Assembly (NCBI RefSeq): GCF_006345805.1
Contig: NC_043024.1
Coordinates: 12,276,001-12,340,000, forward strand
Length of the DNA: 64,000 bases
DNA from: Octopus sinensis
Lineage: Eukaryota
Reading direction: 5' to 3'
The position numbers and the translations under genes were made by a program. Each line of letters opens with the position of its first letter. Position 1 is the first letter of the stretch. This document shows, in pieces, positions 11,885 through 23,933 of this stretch. The notes under the pieces are model-generated. The model searched no databases and was not told the origin of the DNA. It worked only from the letters and a program-made list of their open reading frames with translations.

Positions 11885-13312
11885 ACATCTTCATTATATG
11901 AAACCTCCTCTAACATGTGGCATTTCACAGATGAGGGAATTTGATGCTGCTGCTCACATCTGTGATTCCTGCTATGAGGTATACTCATCCAGAATCCTTG
12001 ACAGGAGGAGATCCAGTTTTGTCTTGAAGACACATCCACACCATGCAGGTCAGGTCTCTCAGGCTTTTTGGAAGGATTTGAAGAGCTGTGGGCCCTTGAA
12101 ACCCAAGCTTTTGCACTACCTGATCCTGTATCTTGATGGCAATGTTGAGATCTTTGGCACTAATTACTGGCACAAGATTCTGTTGTTTGTGTAACTATCA
12201 ATGCCAAAGTTTGGTACAAGTCCCTCTAGGATTTTCCAGATGTACATCACAGCGCATCTTTCCTGTATTTCTTCTATGGAGTAGGATCTTAAACTTTTCA
12301 GCCTTTCCCAGTAGCTGATACCTTGCCTTGAGACAATTTCCTCTGTGTAGCTTCAGTGGTTTGTTTTGAGTTCTGATGTTAATTTTCTACCGTGTGGTGA
12401 CCATAGTTGGGAGCAGTAGTCTAAGCAGCTGAAGACATAAGTCCCATCATGGTTTCCTGTTCTCTTGTTCTGAAAGTTCAAAGGATCCATCTGACCATCT
12501 GTCTGCATTTTATAGCCAAATTAGTAATATGCACCTGGAAAGCTGCATCATCACTCATGTCAATGCCCAGGTCATGCACTGATTTTGATTCAGGAATTGC
12601 AATCCTTCCTGGGTTGGTATATCTTGCCTGCATTTTATTCAGCTTTTTGTGTGCTGGTACTGCAGGGTTTGGGATTTTCCAACATTAAAATGCATGTTAT
12701 TGTCCTCAGTCCACCTGTATACTGCATCCAATTCCTGTTGCAGGTGCACAATATTCCCTGGGTTCTCTATACTCTGAACAACTTTTGATGTCATCTGCAT
12801 TGCTAGCAAGGGTGTCTATCTGAGAAGCTGAGGGCATGTCGGAAAGGGCCACTATGAATAGCAGTAGACCTAAGACAGTGCCCTGTGGAATACTACTTAC
12901 TATTTGTGTTTCCTTAGAGGTGGTCTCATTTGCTACCACTGCCTGACTTCTATAATTTAAAGGTTCATGTAGCCACTCTCCAAGTTTTCCAACTACCCAT
13001 AGCTTACGACAGATGCCATGCTTGACTTTATCAAAGGCTTTTGCATAGTCAAAATCTATCAGGTTTACATTTGTGTTGTTGAGTAACTGCTTTAACACCC
13101 AGCTGTAGTGCAGTAAGAGCTATGTCAGGCAGCTTCTACCTGGTTGAAAACCATACTGGGTGTTAGTCAACAAGTCATTCTCTTCAAGACAAGCAATTCA
13201 TTTCCCGCAGACTACTCATTCCAGGATTTTGCTAATGTTGGGTCAGAGAGATATGCCTATAATTTTTCGTATTTGCTCTTCTTCCTCCTTTGTGAATAGG
13301 GCATATTATTCC
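11885..13312 (-). mobile_element. 5'-truncated, decayed CR1-type LINE (RT plus 3' end)
   Basis: PIHKGG..NYR, DFDYAKAFDKV, PQGTVLGLLLF and ADDIK motifs; same family as 41587-44109. Confidence 0.88.
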
Positions 13313-13318
13313 TTATAT

Positions 13319-13872
13319 ATAGATGCTTTCGATCTAATTTGGATTCTTTGCCATCAAATTTGAATTCTTTGCAATCAAATTTGAATTTTTCAATTGGTGT
13401 TCAAGCCTTGAAAAAAAAGAGAGTTAAACTACATCAGCCGTAAGGGAATACATGTCTACCTTATCTAACTCGTCCAGTAGAGCCGACCAATTGATATCTG
13501 AAAAGTTCGATGAAATAACTCCTGAACACTGCGATAGCTTCTACCAAAAGATGCTTCAACATATTTACGTCTGGACAAGGGGAGATAATAGGAAAAGAAT
13601 CATTCGTTGATTATCTCCCCTTGTTCAGACCCGTCAACGACGTAAATATGTTGAAGCATTTTTTGGTAGAAGCTGTGGCAGTGTTCAGGAGTTATTTCAT
13701 CGAACTTTTCAGATAACAATTGGTGGGCTCTACTGGACAAGTTAGATAAGATAGACATGTATTCCATTATGGCTGATGTAGTTTAACTCTTTTTTTTTTT
13801 TCAAGGCTTGAGCACCAATTGAAAAATTCAAATTTGATTGCAAAGAATCCAAATTAGATCGAAAACATCTAT
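13319..13872. repeat. About 550-bp foldback (two ~270-bp inverted arms, 20-nt loop)
   Basis: Arms align along their length (e.g. ggggagataat 13579-13589 / attatctcccc 13610-13620; outer atagatgctttcgatc / gatcgaaaacatctat). Confidence 0.92.
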
Positions 13873-13989
13873 CTATCTATCTACCTTAATATATATATAT
13901 ATGCACATACAGATATCAGAACTTGCCAGTATACTGCCTTTTGATCCTGTATCAGAAATGGTTTCTTCTCATTGACAACTGCTTGCAAA

Positions 13990-15430
13990 CTGTTCTATGA
14001 TATTTCCCTGAGTAGTTTTTGTATTAAGTCGTGTTGAACACCTGTGACAGGAGCTGGAAAACCATAGAGTTCAAGTCTGTCTCCACTGAGTGATCGAACT
14101 TTGTCTTCTATTAATCTCAATGCTTCAATGAAGATGTCATTATTGAATATGACATCACCCTCATACTGATATTGAATTCTTTGCATTTGTACCAGAGTTG
14201 TTTCAGATTTGACAATCCACAGTTCACCAGCATTATGGAGAAGTGATTTCTCAGCTGCATAGGACATTTGCACATTTGTGCCTCTCTCAATCTGGCGTCC
14301 CAGTGTGCATCAACTTCCAGAAGACCTCTGAGATGGCAAGCCTGGTGATATGTATGACATACTGTATTGCCAACCGCACATAAGGCTGTGAATGATGTGG
14401 GTCCCTGGACATGGTGTAACAGAAGCCTTAGATAGTAGCACTCTGACTAGTCAGGATGGACAGTATAGATTCAGCCAATTGGGTCTGATTTCTTGATTCC
14501 AGGATGATCTGTGGGTGTTCCAAATGCACATTGCTTCCATTCCTTTTTGTTCCAGGTGTAGTATTGTGGAGCTTCGTTGTATAGCAGTTTTGCAGCAAAC
14601 TCATCATCCTGGCAGAGCTTGAAGAATGCAGTAAGTGTGGTATTCTTTGGGGCTTCCAATTGTTGTTGCTCTGTGTCTGGAGTGAAGTAAACTCTTTCTC
14701 CATTCTCCAAGTGAACTGCAAGGTGTTTCACATGGGGATATCTCCCATGAATAGGAACTTGAAGATTCTCCAACACACTTCACCACTGCTGATGAACCTC
14801 CCCATTTGGAAGGTCTTAATTTCATCATTGTTCTCTGAATCATGGACTGCAAAGACTGCCATGTCAGATCCCTTGTTGACATATTTGCTCACATACTTAA
14901 TGGATTTCACTGAGTTACAGAACTCAACATTGATGTGTGCATTGAATATCTTAGATAGGAGGGGAAGTATGGCACCATCTACCTGTTGTCCACTGGAATT
15001 TCAGTATGAGATGACTTCTTGGTGGTAGATTCATACCCAACATCACCTAGTCTTTGTCCCCTGTAGAGGGGATAGCCACCATGTCCAGCCTGGGTGTCTT
15101 GAAGGAATTACTTTCAAAAGCCCTTTGTACACTTTCTATCCTGCATGCATGAAGCATGTAGGTTTATGTTCCCACATGGACCATGTACCATTTGGGTCTT
15201 GACCACACTGAAGAGTTCTGGATTTTCTCAAGGATCTGGAATTTCTCCACTGATGAATGTATCTGTCATGCTGGCATGGAATTTTTTTGTAAACCACAGC
15301 AGGATGTGTACATGAGGAAGACCATGTTTCTGCTATTCCATGGTATACATGTGGTATCTAGTGGCACCGAACACTTTATCTTTGGTCAGTAACTGCATGA
15401 GCTTGATAACCTTCTGATACATGAATAGAA
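13990..15430 (-). mobile_element. Helitron Rep-helicase internal fragment (pseudogenised)
   Basis: YTME*QKHGLPHVHIL (Rep HUH motif), MVHGPCG, HINVEFCNSVKSIKYVSKYVNKGSD, HLAVHLENGERVYF, TTLTAFFKLC and IEDKVRSLSGDRLELYGFPAP, in the expected order. Confidence 0.93.
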
Positions 15431-15902
15431 AAATACATATATATACATGCATATACATACATATACACATGCATATATATATATACACAAATGCATATAC
15501 ATATATATAAATACACACATTTATATATATATGCATACATACACACACGCACATATGTGTAATACACATTATAACTGAAAGTCGTAGAAGTTGCTCGCTT
15601 CCAATCATCAGCTGCCAAAGCTTGGCTAATTTTCTTTTGAATATTCATTGTCTGAATATCTTTTTGAAATATGAAATGAAAGTCTGAAGGAATTGATAAT
15701 TGTTATTCACTTTCATTTAGAAACCTTTGGGAGCGATGCATGCGAAAACAGCTGCAACAAGTGCACACTTTCGATTTCCTTTCTTGTTATAAAAGAACAA
15801 AGTCAGGAAATTGTGTTGACGTTTATGCAATATTCCAAATTAATACAGAAAATGTTATATATTTATGTTAATTTTGTAATTATCTTCTACATATGTCTGC
15901 AT

Positions 15903-16066
15903 AGGCGTAGGGGTGGCTGTGTGGTAAGTAGCTTACTTATCAACTACATGGTTCCGGGTTCAGTCCCACTGAGTGGCACCTTCAGCAAGTGTCTTCTACT
16001 ATAGCCCCGGACCAACAAAATTCTTGTGAGTGGATTTGGTAGAGATAAACTGAAAGAAGCTCATCG
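15903..16066 (+). mobile_element. tRNA-derived SINE (related copies 20150-20310 and 54900-55075)
   Basis: A-box-like tggctgtgtggtaag and B-box-like ggttcagtccc, ending in (TA)n. Confidence 0.75.
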
Positions 16067-16099
<33 letters not shown>

Positions 16100-16185
16100 A
16101 ATCCAAAAGGGAAACAAAAAAACAACAACAACAGGAACAATTACAGTATTATTATTAATAGGCGCTCAGGAGATGGAAGCAGGGA

Positions 16186-16224
16186 GGTATGACGTTTCGA
16201 GCGGAGCTCTTCGTCGGAAACATA
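16186..16224 (-). ncRNA. Minimal type I hammerhead-ribozyme-like motif
   Basis: Minus strand: gttt CCGACGA a GAGC tcc GCTC GAAAC GTC atac. This is the core C(U>C)GANGA, stem II, GAAA, a palindromic ACGU stem III and a GUC cleavage triplet. Confidence 0.55.
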
Positions 16225-16389
16225 AAGAAGGAAGAGAGAGGAAAGAAAGATCCCAGAGCGGGCAACAGGGAAAGAGAAAAAAGACGACTGGTGTTTACGA
16301 GTTGCACATGGTGAAGGCGGATGTTGACGATAACAAGAGCAAAGTGGGTTTTTAAAGGCAAAAGAGTGGAGACAAGGTTGGTAACCCAA

Positions 16390-18817
16390 CAGATGTGTGT
16401 GTATGTGTGAGTGTGTGCATGTGCGTGTGTGTATGTGTGTGTGTGAGGCGAGATGAAAAAACAAAAAAATATAGGTGTGTGTTAGTGTGTGCGTCTGTGT
16501 GTAGGCGTGTGAGGTAGGGCGAGACTAGTGGTCAGCTAGCAGACAAGAAAAAGAAGGAAGGAGGAAGGGAGGTCAGTAGTAAGAAAAAGAAGGAAGGAGG
16601 AAGGGAGGGAGGGGAAGGGGTGGGGGCGTATGTAGCGTGCCAGCGTGTGTTGAGTAGTAGTGTGTGTGTGTGTCCAGTGTCGTGGTGGTATTAATGAGTA
16701 GATTGAATGTGTGTAAGAGTGATGTATATATATAGGCAAGGTGTGTATATGTGTGCGCGTGTGTGTAACGAAAAAGGGGGGGGGTTAAGGAAAAAGGACT
16801 CCAGCTGAGGGGAAGATGGAAGAGTGGTACCGCGGAGACAGGCGTGGGGAAACCCAACGACACGCGACGGTCCCAGGAACGGGCGGGAGGTCTCGTCAGG
16901 TCCCAAGGGCGAGGTGTATGCGACGCGTATGCAACGCGAGCCGGCGTAAGTGCGTATGTGCGCGTGCCTGCGAGTATGCGAGTGCGTATGTATGTGTGTG
17001 GATGTGTGAGTGTGTCTGTGTGTATGTCTGGGTGGCAGTGTGTGCGATGAATGTATGTGAGTATGTGTGTATGTATGTGTGTGCATAGATGTATGTCCGT
17101 GTGTGTGTGTGTATGTGTGTGAGTGTGTATGTATGTACGTGTGGGTGTGGGGAAGTGTGTGTATGTGCATGTGTGTGCGCGTACATACAGGTGTGTGAGT
17201 AAGTGTGTGTGTGTGTATGTATGTGTGAGTGTGTATGTATGTGTGTGTCGGATGCATGTATGTGTATGGGTGTATGTATGCGTGTGTGTATGTATGTATG
17301 TGTACGTGCGTGTGTGTGTGTGTATGCGTGTAGGTGTGCGCGTGTGCATGCATGCATGCATGTGCGTATGTGTGTGTGTGTGTGCATGTGTGTGGGTATA
17401 TATGTATGTGCGTATATGTGTGTGTATGTGCGTACATGTGTGTGTGTGTGTATGCATGTGTGTGTATGTAGGTGTGTAGGCGTGTGTGTATAGGTGTATG
17501 TATGTAAGTATGTGTGGGTGTGTCCGTGTATGTGTGTGTATGTGTGTGTATGTGTGTGGGAGTGTAGGTGTGTGTGTGTATGTGTGTGTATGTATGTATG
17601 TGTGTGGATGTGTGAGTGTGTCTGTGTGTATGTCTGGGTGTGTCCGTGCATGTTTGTGTGTGTGTGTGTGTGTATGCATGTGTATGTGGGTGTGTGTGTA
17701 CGTGTGTAATGTATGTGTGTGTGTGTGTGTGTGCAGGTATGTGTGTGTATGTAGGTGCGTGTGTATGTGTGTGGGAGTGTAGGTGTGTGTGTGTGCGTGT
17801 GCGTGTTTATGTTGGTGTGTACGTATGTGAGTGTGAGTGTATGGGTGTTTGTCATGCATGTGTGTGCGCGTGCAGGTGAGTGTGTGTGTAAGTATGTGTG
17901 TGTGTATGTTTGTGTGAGTGTGTAAGTGTGTATGTCTTTGTGTATGTATGTGCGTATAGGAGTATGTGGGTATGTGTGTATGTATGTATATGGGTGTATG
18001 TATGTATGTGTGTGTGTGTGTGCATGTGTATAAGTATATGTGTGTGTGCGTATGTGTGTATATGTATATGTGTGTGTGTTTATGTATGTGTGTATGTATG
18101 TGTGTAGGCGTGTGTGTGTAGATGTATGTATGTATGGGTGTGTGTCCGTGTGTGTTTGTGTGTGTGTAGGTAGATGTGTGTGTCTGAATGAGGGTATGGC
18201 TGTGTAGGTGTGTGTGTGTGTATGAATGTAAGTGTGTGTGTATACAAGTGTAATGTATGTATGTAGGTGTGTGTGTGTGTGTGTGTATGTGTACGTGTGC
18301 GTGTGTATGTGTGTGTGTGTATGCGTGTGAGTGTGAGTGTATGGGTGTATGTCTGTGTGTGTGTATGTCTGAAGTAGGTATGTATGTGTATGTATGTATG
18401 TGTGTGTGTGTGCAGGTATGTGTGTGTATGTGTGTGTGTGAGTAGGTGTGCGTGTATGTATGTGGGTAGGGATGCATGCGAGTGTGTGGGTATGTATGCA
18501 TACATACGCACGCGCACATCCGAAGCAAGCCCACACGCACAAAGCGCGCTCACGCACACAACGCACAAGCAGTACAACGCAAGCCCAAGGGGCCGACCAA
18601 GCCCCCAGCGCGCGCCAAGGCGCGCGAGCGCAAAGGCCCTCGAACGCCCCGCTACGCGGGAACCGAGGATCCATCAGCCAAAACCGGAAAGCAGAAAAGA
18701 GGGGGGGCTGCCTGGATGCAAAAAGGTGTATGTGTGTGTGCATTCAGTGTAAGGGTGTGCATGTGTGGGCATGTATGTATGTATGTGCCTACATGTATGT
18801 TTGCATGTGTGTGTGTG

Positions 18818-18877
<60 letters not shown>

Positions 18878-18900
18878 ATATATATGTATGTGTATGTTTT
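16390..18900. repeat. About 2.5-kb degenerate (GT)n/(GTAT)n microsatellite field with two GC-rich islands
   Basis: Direct reading; it produces the His/Thr-rich and Cys/Val-rich pseudo-ORFs. Confidence 0.95.
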
Positions 18901-19325
18901 TGTGTCTGTGTTTGTCCCCCCCCCAACATCGCTTGACAATCAATGCTGGTGTGTTTATGTCCCCATCACTTAGCAGTTCGGCAAAAGAGACCAATAGAAT
19001 AAGTACTAGGCTTACAAAGTCCTGGGGTCAATTTTCTCGACTAAAGGCAGTGCTCCAGCATGGCCACTGTTAAATGACTGAAACAAGTAAAGAGTATATG
19101 TTGTATCATAGGTGGTATCCCCCGTGGTGGTGGTCACCAACACCAATACCATCATCATGACCAATATAACGTTTTTCCACAGACATAAGACCTGTCCCCT
19201 AAAAAGGGGGTGGGAATACAGTTGATTAGATTCGTCCCCCAGTATTTTATTGTTACTTTGATGATATTAATATTAAGTAAATTAATAAAATGCTCGTGTA
19301 TAATAATATGTATATGTTAACTGAC

Positions 19326-19362
19326 CTGGGACAGCATTAAAGTCAGTATATCATAACGTTGC
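19326..19362 (-). CDS. ANK-RING gene, coding exon 5 (37-nt micro-exon, (W)QRYDILTLMLSQ)
   Basis: ctctacttttcag|G CAA CGT ... TCC CAG|gtcagt. It supplies exactly the phase 2 to 0 shift needed between exons 4 and 6 and completes an ankyrin helix. Confidence 0.8.
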
Positions 19363-20464
19363 CTGAAAAGTAGAGAGGAAAGAAAATAAATAAAAATGAA
19401 AACATCCTCTGAGATTGAGATAATTAATAATTATTAGGTCATTAATTCATGAAAACAAAAGTAGTTAGGTTACCAAGACATAATTATGTTAATAATTATA
19501 TAGACACAGGCACACATGTCCATAGTCAATATACACTGCAATGATATATATATATATATATACATACCTGAGAACACAGTGTATATATGGTACAATGAAG
19601 AGCTGTCATACAGACATGAATTTTACGAGGGGAAGAAGCACTGTAGTTGCCCAGAACATGACTGGTATTGTATTTTATCAACCTCGCAAAGGAGAAAAGC
19701 TAAGGAGACCTCAGCAAGATTTGAACCCAGATCGTAAAGTGTCATAAATAAATACCACAAGGTATTTTGCTCAACAGTAATAAGACACAAGAACAGGAGA
19801 GAGGGGGAGAGTTTATTAAATGAACTCCTCCTAGATATTACTAGCACAGCTTATATCGGTCCCAGAGTTACAATAGATACTCTGGCAGGATTTGAACTTG
19901 GAACATAAAGAAACAAAAGTAAATACTTATAGATTCTGTTTTTAGCCCAGGGTCAGAGGAAAGAGGATCACTACAAGAGAGGGAGGGAAAAAGAGAGAGA
20001 AGGGAGTGAAAGGAAGAAAAGAGGGGATTTGAACCTGTAATGTTGAGGTTGACAGAGGATGAGATGAAGTAAAGAATCTAATCAGGTAACAACAACACCA
20101 ACAACGATTATGCTGATGGTTAATTAATGTTGATTAAAGATTCTGAAAAGTGTGGAAGGTGTGGTTAGGGAGCTTGCTTCCTAGCTACATGGTTCCGGGT
20201 TCAGTCCCACTGCGTGGCACTTTGGGTAGGTGTCTTCCGCTATAGCCCCGAGCCGACCGAAGCTTTGTGATTGAATTCGGCAGGCGGAAGTTACTGCCGT
20301 GTGTGTATATGTGCGTGTAGGTGCTTGTGCCTCTCCGAAAGAGAGAGAGAGGGAGAGCAGAAGGATGACTTCATAAGGGATTATGACATGAATTACTAAA
20401 TAAAAACAAACAGAAAAGATAAAAGAAACAGATTTTGAATATTCTGAATGAATTGGGAACTTAC

Positions 20465-20925
20465 CATAGAACTGCCACATGTAGAGGTGTGTTACCGGCA
20501 CTGTCCACGACATGGACATCAGGCTTAGAGAGCAACAGTAATAAGTGAACGATGTCTGTGTGTCCACCAAGGCAAGCCCAGTGTAGAGGTGTGTAACCAT
20601 ATTTAATGTCCCCCACATTAACAGCAGGGTCTGGCATCTGTAGTAATAGGTGAACAATGTCTATGTAGCCACCACGACAGGCCCAATGTAGAGGTGTGTA
20701 ACCATTGATGTTACCCACATTCGCAACAGAGTTAGACTGCAGTAACAAGTAAACGATGTCTGTCTGTCCACCACGGCAGGCCAGATGTAGAGGCATGTCG
20801 CCTTTATTGTCCACCACGTTGACATTAATGTAAGACTGCTGCAGTAATTTATGAATGATGTCCATGTGTCCCCAATGACAAGCCAGATGCAGAGGGGTGT
20901 CACCATTGCTATTTTGTTGGTTGAT
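20465..20925 (-). CDS. ANK-RING gene, coding exon 4 (five ankyrin repeats in one exon)
   Basis: tttcttcag|ATC AAC; five G-x-(T/M)PLH motifs; donor TG|gtaagt; 461 nt, phase 0 to 2. Confidence 0.93.
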
Positions 20926-22481
20926 CTGAAGAAATAAACAAAAAATAAACACTTTCAAAATTGGTGTCTCGACTGAGAACCATTGTTTTGCGGATGTTCT
21001 ACACTTCCTACCTCTGCACTTTCTTGCATAAGATTACTTTGTTCAACTTGTTTCTACAATTTTATTCCATGTATTGTCATCAAAAGAAAAATTAAATCTA
21101 TTTTTATGTAGCAAATGTAGAGATTTTGTATTTACTCAGTATGAACTCTTGTGATAACACAACACACAGCCACATCAAACACATTCTACTATTTATATAT
21201 GACACTACAGGTGGAATGATGGTGTGGGGAGTAAAGTTTATATTGTGTTAGGAAGGGCATCCAGCTGTAGAAACTCTGCCAGATCAGATTGGAGCCTGCT
21301 GCAGCCATCTGGTTTGCCAGCCCTCAGTCAAAATCGTCCAACCCATGCTAGCATGGAAAGCGGACGTTAAATGATGATGATGATGATATATGATCAACAA
21401 TTCAATAGACACACAGAGCTACAGAATGTGTGTGTGTACGCTGTATCTGCAGGCTGTTACCCCAGCCATGGTTTTGTTTTCTGATTCTTCTCTTTAAAAT
21501 AAACAGTTTCAAATAAAATTTTCCCAAAATCCATCCAATTGTTTAGTTTGTGGGGGAAAATATCAAGAGGTGAGAATGGAGATGAAACTCAGAAATTGCA
21601 CACTCAGAAATGAATTTTCATAAAAAAAATATGAATCACCAGAAAGTTAAGAGGAAACGAAATGGAGTGGCAGTAAACTGTAGGGACATTTAATGTCTGT
21701 TTTCTATGCTGGCATGGGTGGAAATTTGATAGGAGCTTGGCAATCAGTGAACTGTGCCCTTCCTAACACAATTGGGTGTACTGGGTGCTTTTTATGAGGC
21801 ATCAACATTATTGGGGGGAGGGGGTGGGTCACCAAGTTACTTGCAAAACAAAGACCTCTGGACTAGGATGTAATATTGAGGGCAGTGGCTTCCCGCCCAG
21901 TAATGAGAGATCAGAGTGCAAAGAGAAGGACAGAAATAGATGTAATTCAGTCGAGGAAGAGATATTTCAGCAGCCAGTTGGGAAAGGAGAGAAACAGTGG
22001 TGCAGATGTATTGATATGCATATTTCATATATATATATATATATACACACACACATATATCTATATATACATATGTATATATCTATTAAGCTTAGCTTAA
22101 GCAGTCACCATGCAATGGCTAAAGATAAAGGTCTAATAACGGGGCATAGAAGTCCTCGAAGGGAAAAGTAGGTTTTCTTGTGTGGGACTTGAATTCATAT
22201 CTCTTCGTTTTCACTACAAGTGTGCTAACCATTTACACCAACGTACAACTTTGCTTCTATTTAAGAAGCTTTAAGAACTAAAATTAGTTTGTAATGTTGT
22301 TTTTGTAAACAAACTTCATGTGCTTTTCTGTGATGGTATTTGATAAGCAGCATTGATTTTTACAATTCTGTAAATAATAATAAGAGTATTTTATAAGCTT
22401 AGCTTATAAGTGATCACTATACAAATGCAATGACGAAAGAAAATAGTCTAATAATAGGGCATACACACACACACACATATA

Positions 22482-23760
22482 TTAGGTCGTCAAGTATGAA
22501 ATTTGAAGCACTGTATATGGTAAACTTTGACAGTTGCTCATTTTGTGCCATTATTATATTTTGACAATCTTTATATTTTGTTAGAAAGCTGACACATCTG
22601 TTTCTTTATTCTAACTCATTTTGTGCTTTATAAAGTATTTATAAATAGTTTTTTGCTATTTTTGCTTAGAGATGGATAAGTTAGAAATTTGTAAAGTTTT
22701 GAAAAATGAGTTTTTTCTTGGAAATATAGCATTACAGACAGCTCGGAATATTAATGAAGTATTTCATCCTAATGTCATTATGCAGCAGACAGTACCAAAT
22801 TGGTTTGCAAAATTTTGTTCTGGTAACTTTGACCTCACAAATGAGCAAGGCAGTCAACCAAAAAAGGAAGGTGGATAATGACGAACTGAAAGTCACCATC
22901 GAGTCAGATCCATCTAAAATTTCCCGTGAATTACTGTTGTTGCTTGGTGTTAGAAAGCAAACAATACTGACTCACCTAGTTCAGATCGGTAAAGTGAAAA
23001 AGTTGGATAAGTAGGTTCCACGTGAACTCAATGAAAATCAGAAACAGCAACGTTTGTAAGCCTGCATTATGCTACTTTCTCGTCACAAAAATGAACCATT
23101 TTTTAATCGAATTGTAACATGTGATGAGAAATGGATCCAGTACAACAACCGTAAGTGTTCAACACAATGGTTGGACAAAGACAAGCCACCAAAACACAGC
23201 CCAAAAAGTAAAATTCAACAAAAGAAGCTGATGGTGTGTGTTTGGTGGTCTGGCGCAGGTATGATCCATTATGATTTCATTAAACCTGGCTCATCAATCA
23301 TGGCCGAAGTATACTGCAGCCAACTGGACCAAATGATGCAATAACTTACAAAAAATAGAGTCTAGATTAGTCAACAGATCACTCCTATTTTATTGCAGGA
23401 CAACGCCAGATCACACATTGCAAAAATGACATTGGCGAAACTAGAGGAATTGGAGTTGGAAGTTCTCTATCATCCACCATACTCACCTGCTCTTGCCCCC
23501 ACTGAATATCACTTTATCCAGAATTTGGATAACTTTGTGATAGGAAAAAAATTTAATTCCAACGAAGCTGTAAAACAGGCCTTCCAAGATTTTATCGACT
23601 CTAGATTGCCAGGCTTTTACAGTTCCAGGTTGGACATGCTACTGCTGAAATGGAAGTGTTTTCACAATATGGGTGCATACTTTTCTGGATAAACCTATTC
23701 CTTGTATTTATAAAGCAACAGGAAACTTTTTTTCTACAAATTTCATACGTGACGACCTAA
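22482..23760 (+). mobile_element. Full-length but inactivated mariner transposon (1279 bp)
   Basis: 24-bp TIRs with one mismatch (ttaggtcgtcaagtatgaaatttg / caaatttcatacgtgacgacctaa), preceded by TA. Motifs VPREL, TCDEKW, QDNARSH and HPPYSPALAPTEY are split by frameshifts and stops. Confidence 0.93.
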
Positions 23761-23773
23761 GATATTTATTAAC

Positions 23774-23933
23774 CTGTAATATGTATTTTCCACGGGTATT
23801 TAATAGGACTTCTAACACATCTTTCCAGTCCTTCTCCTTCACTACCCGATGGAGAGGACTGTTGCCTCGGAAATTCTGACTGTTGACATTAGCTTGCCTG
23901 GAAATCATGAGGGCCACAGCATCTCGTTGGTGG
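23774..23933 (-). CDS. ANK-RING gene, coding exon 3 (ankyrin repeats 2-3)
   Basis: ttactttcag|C CAC CAA; HQRDAVALMISRQANVNSQNFRGNSPLHRVVKEKDWKDVLEVLLNTRGKYILQ; donor CAG|gttaat; 160 nt, phase 2 to 0. Confidence 0.85.

Noticed and set aside
16391-18994. Long His/Thr-rich and Cys/Val/Met-rich ORFs (e.g. 655 aa and 615 aa)
   Set aside because: Translations of (GT)n/(GTAT)n microsatellite; they are stop-free because of composition, in several frames at once
22180-22245. tRNA-like sequence on the minus strand (A box tggtgtaaatggttagc, B box gaattcaagtccc)
   Set aside because: Acceptor and anticodon stems do not pair; at best a decayed SINE head or tRNA pseudogene
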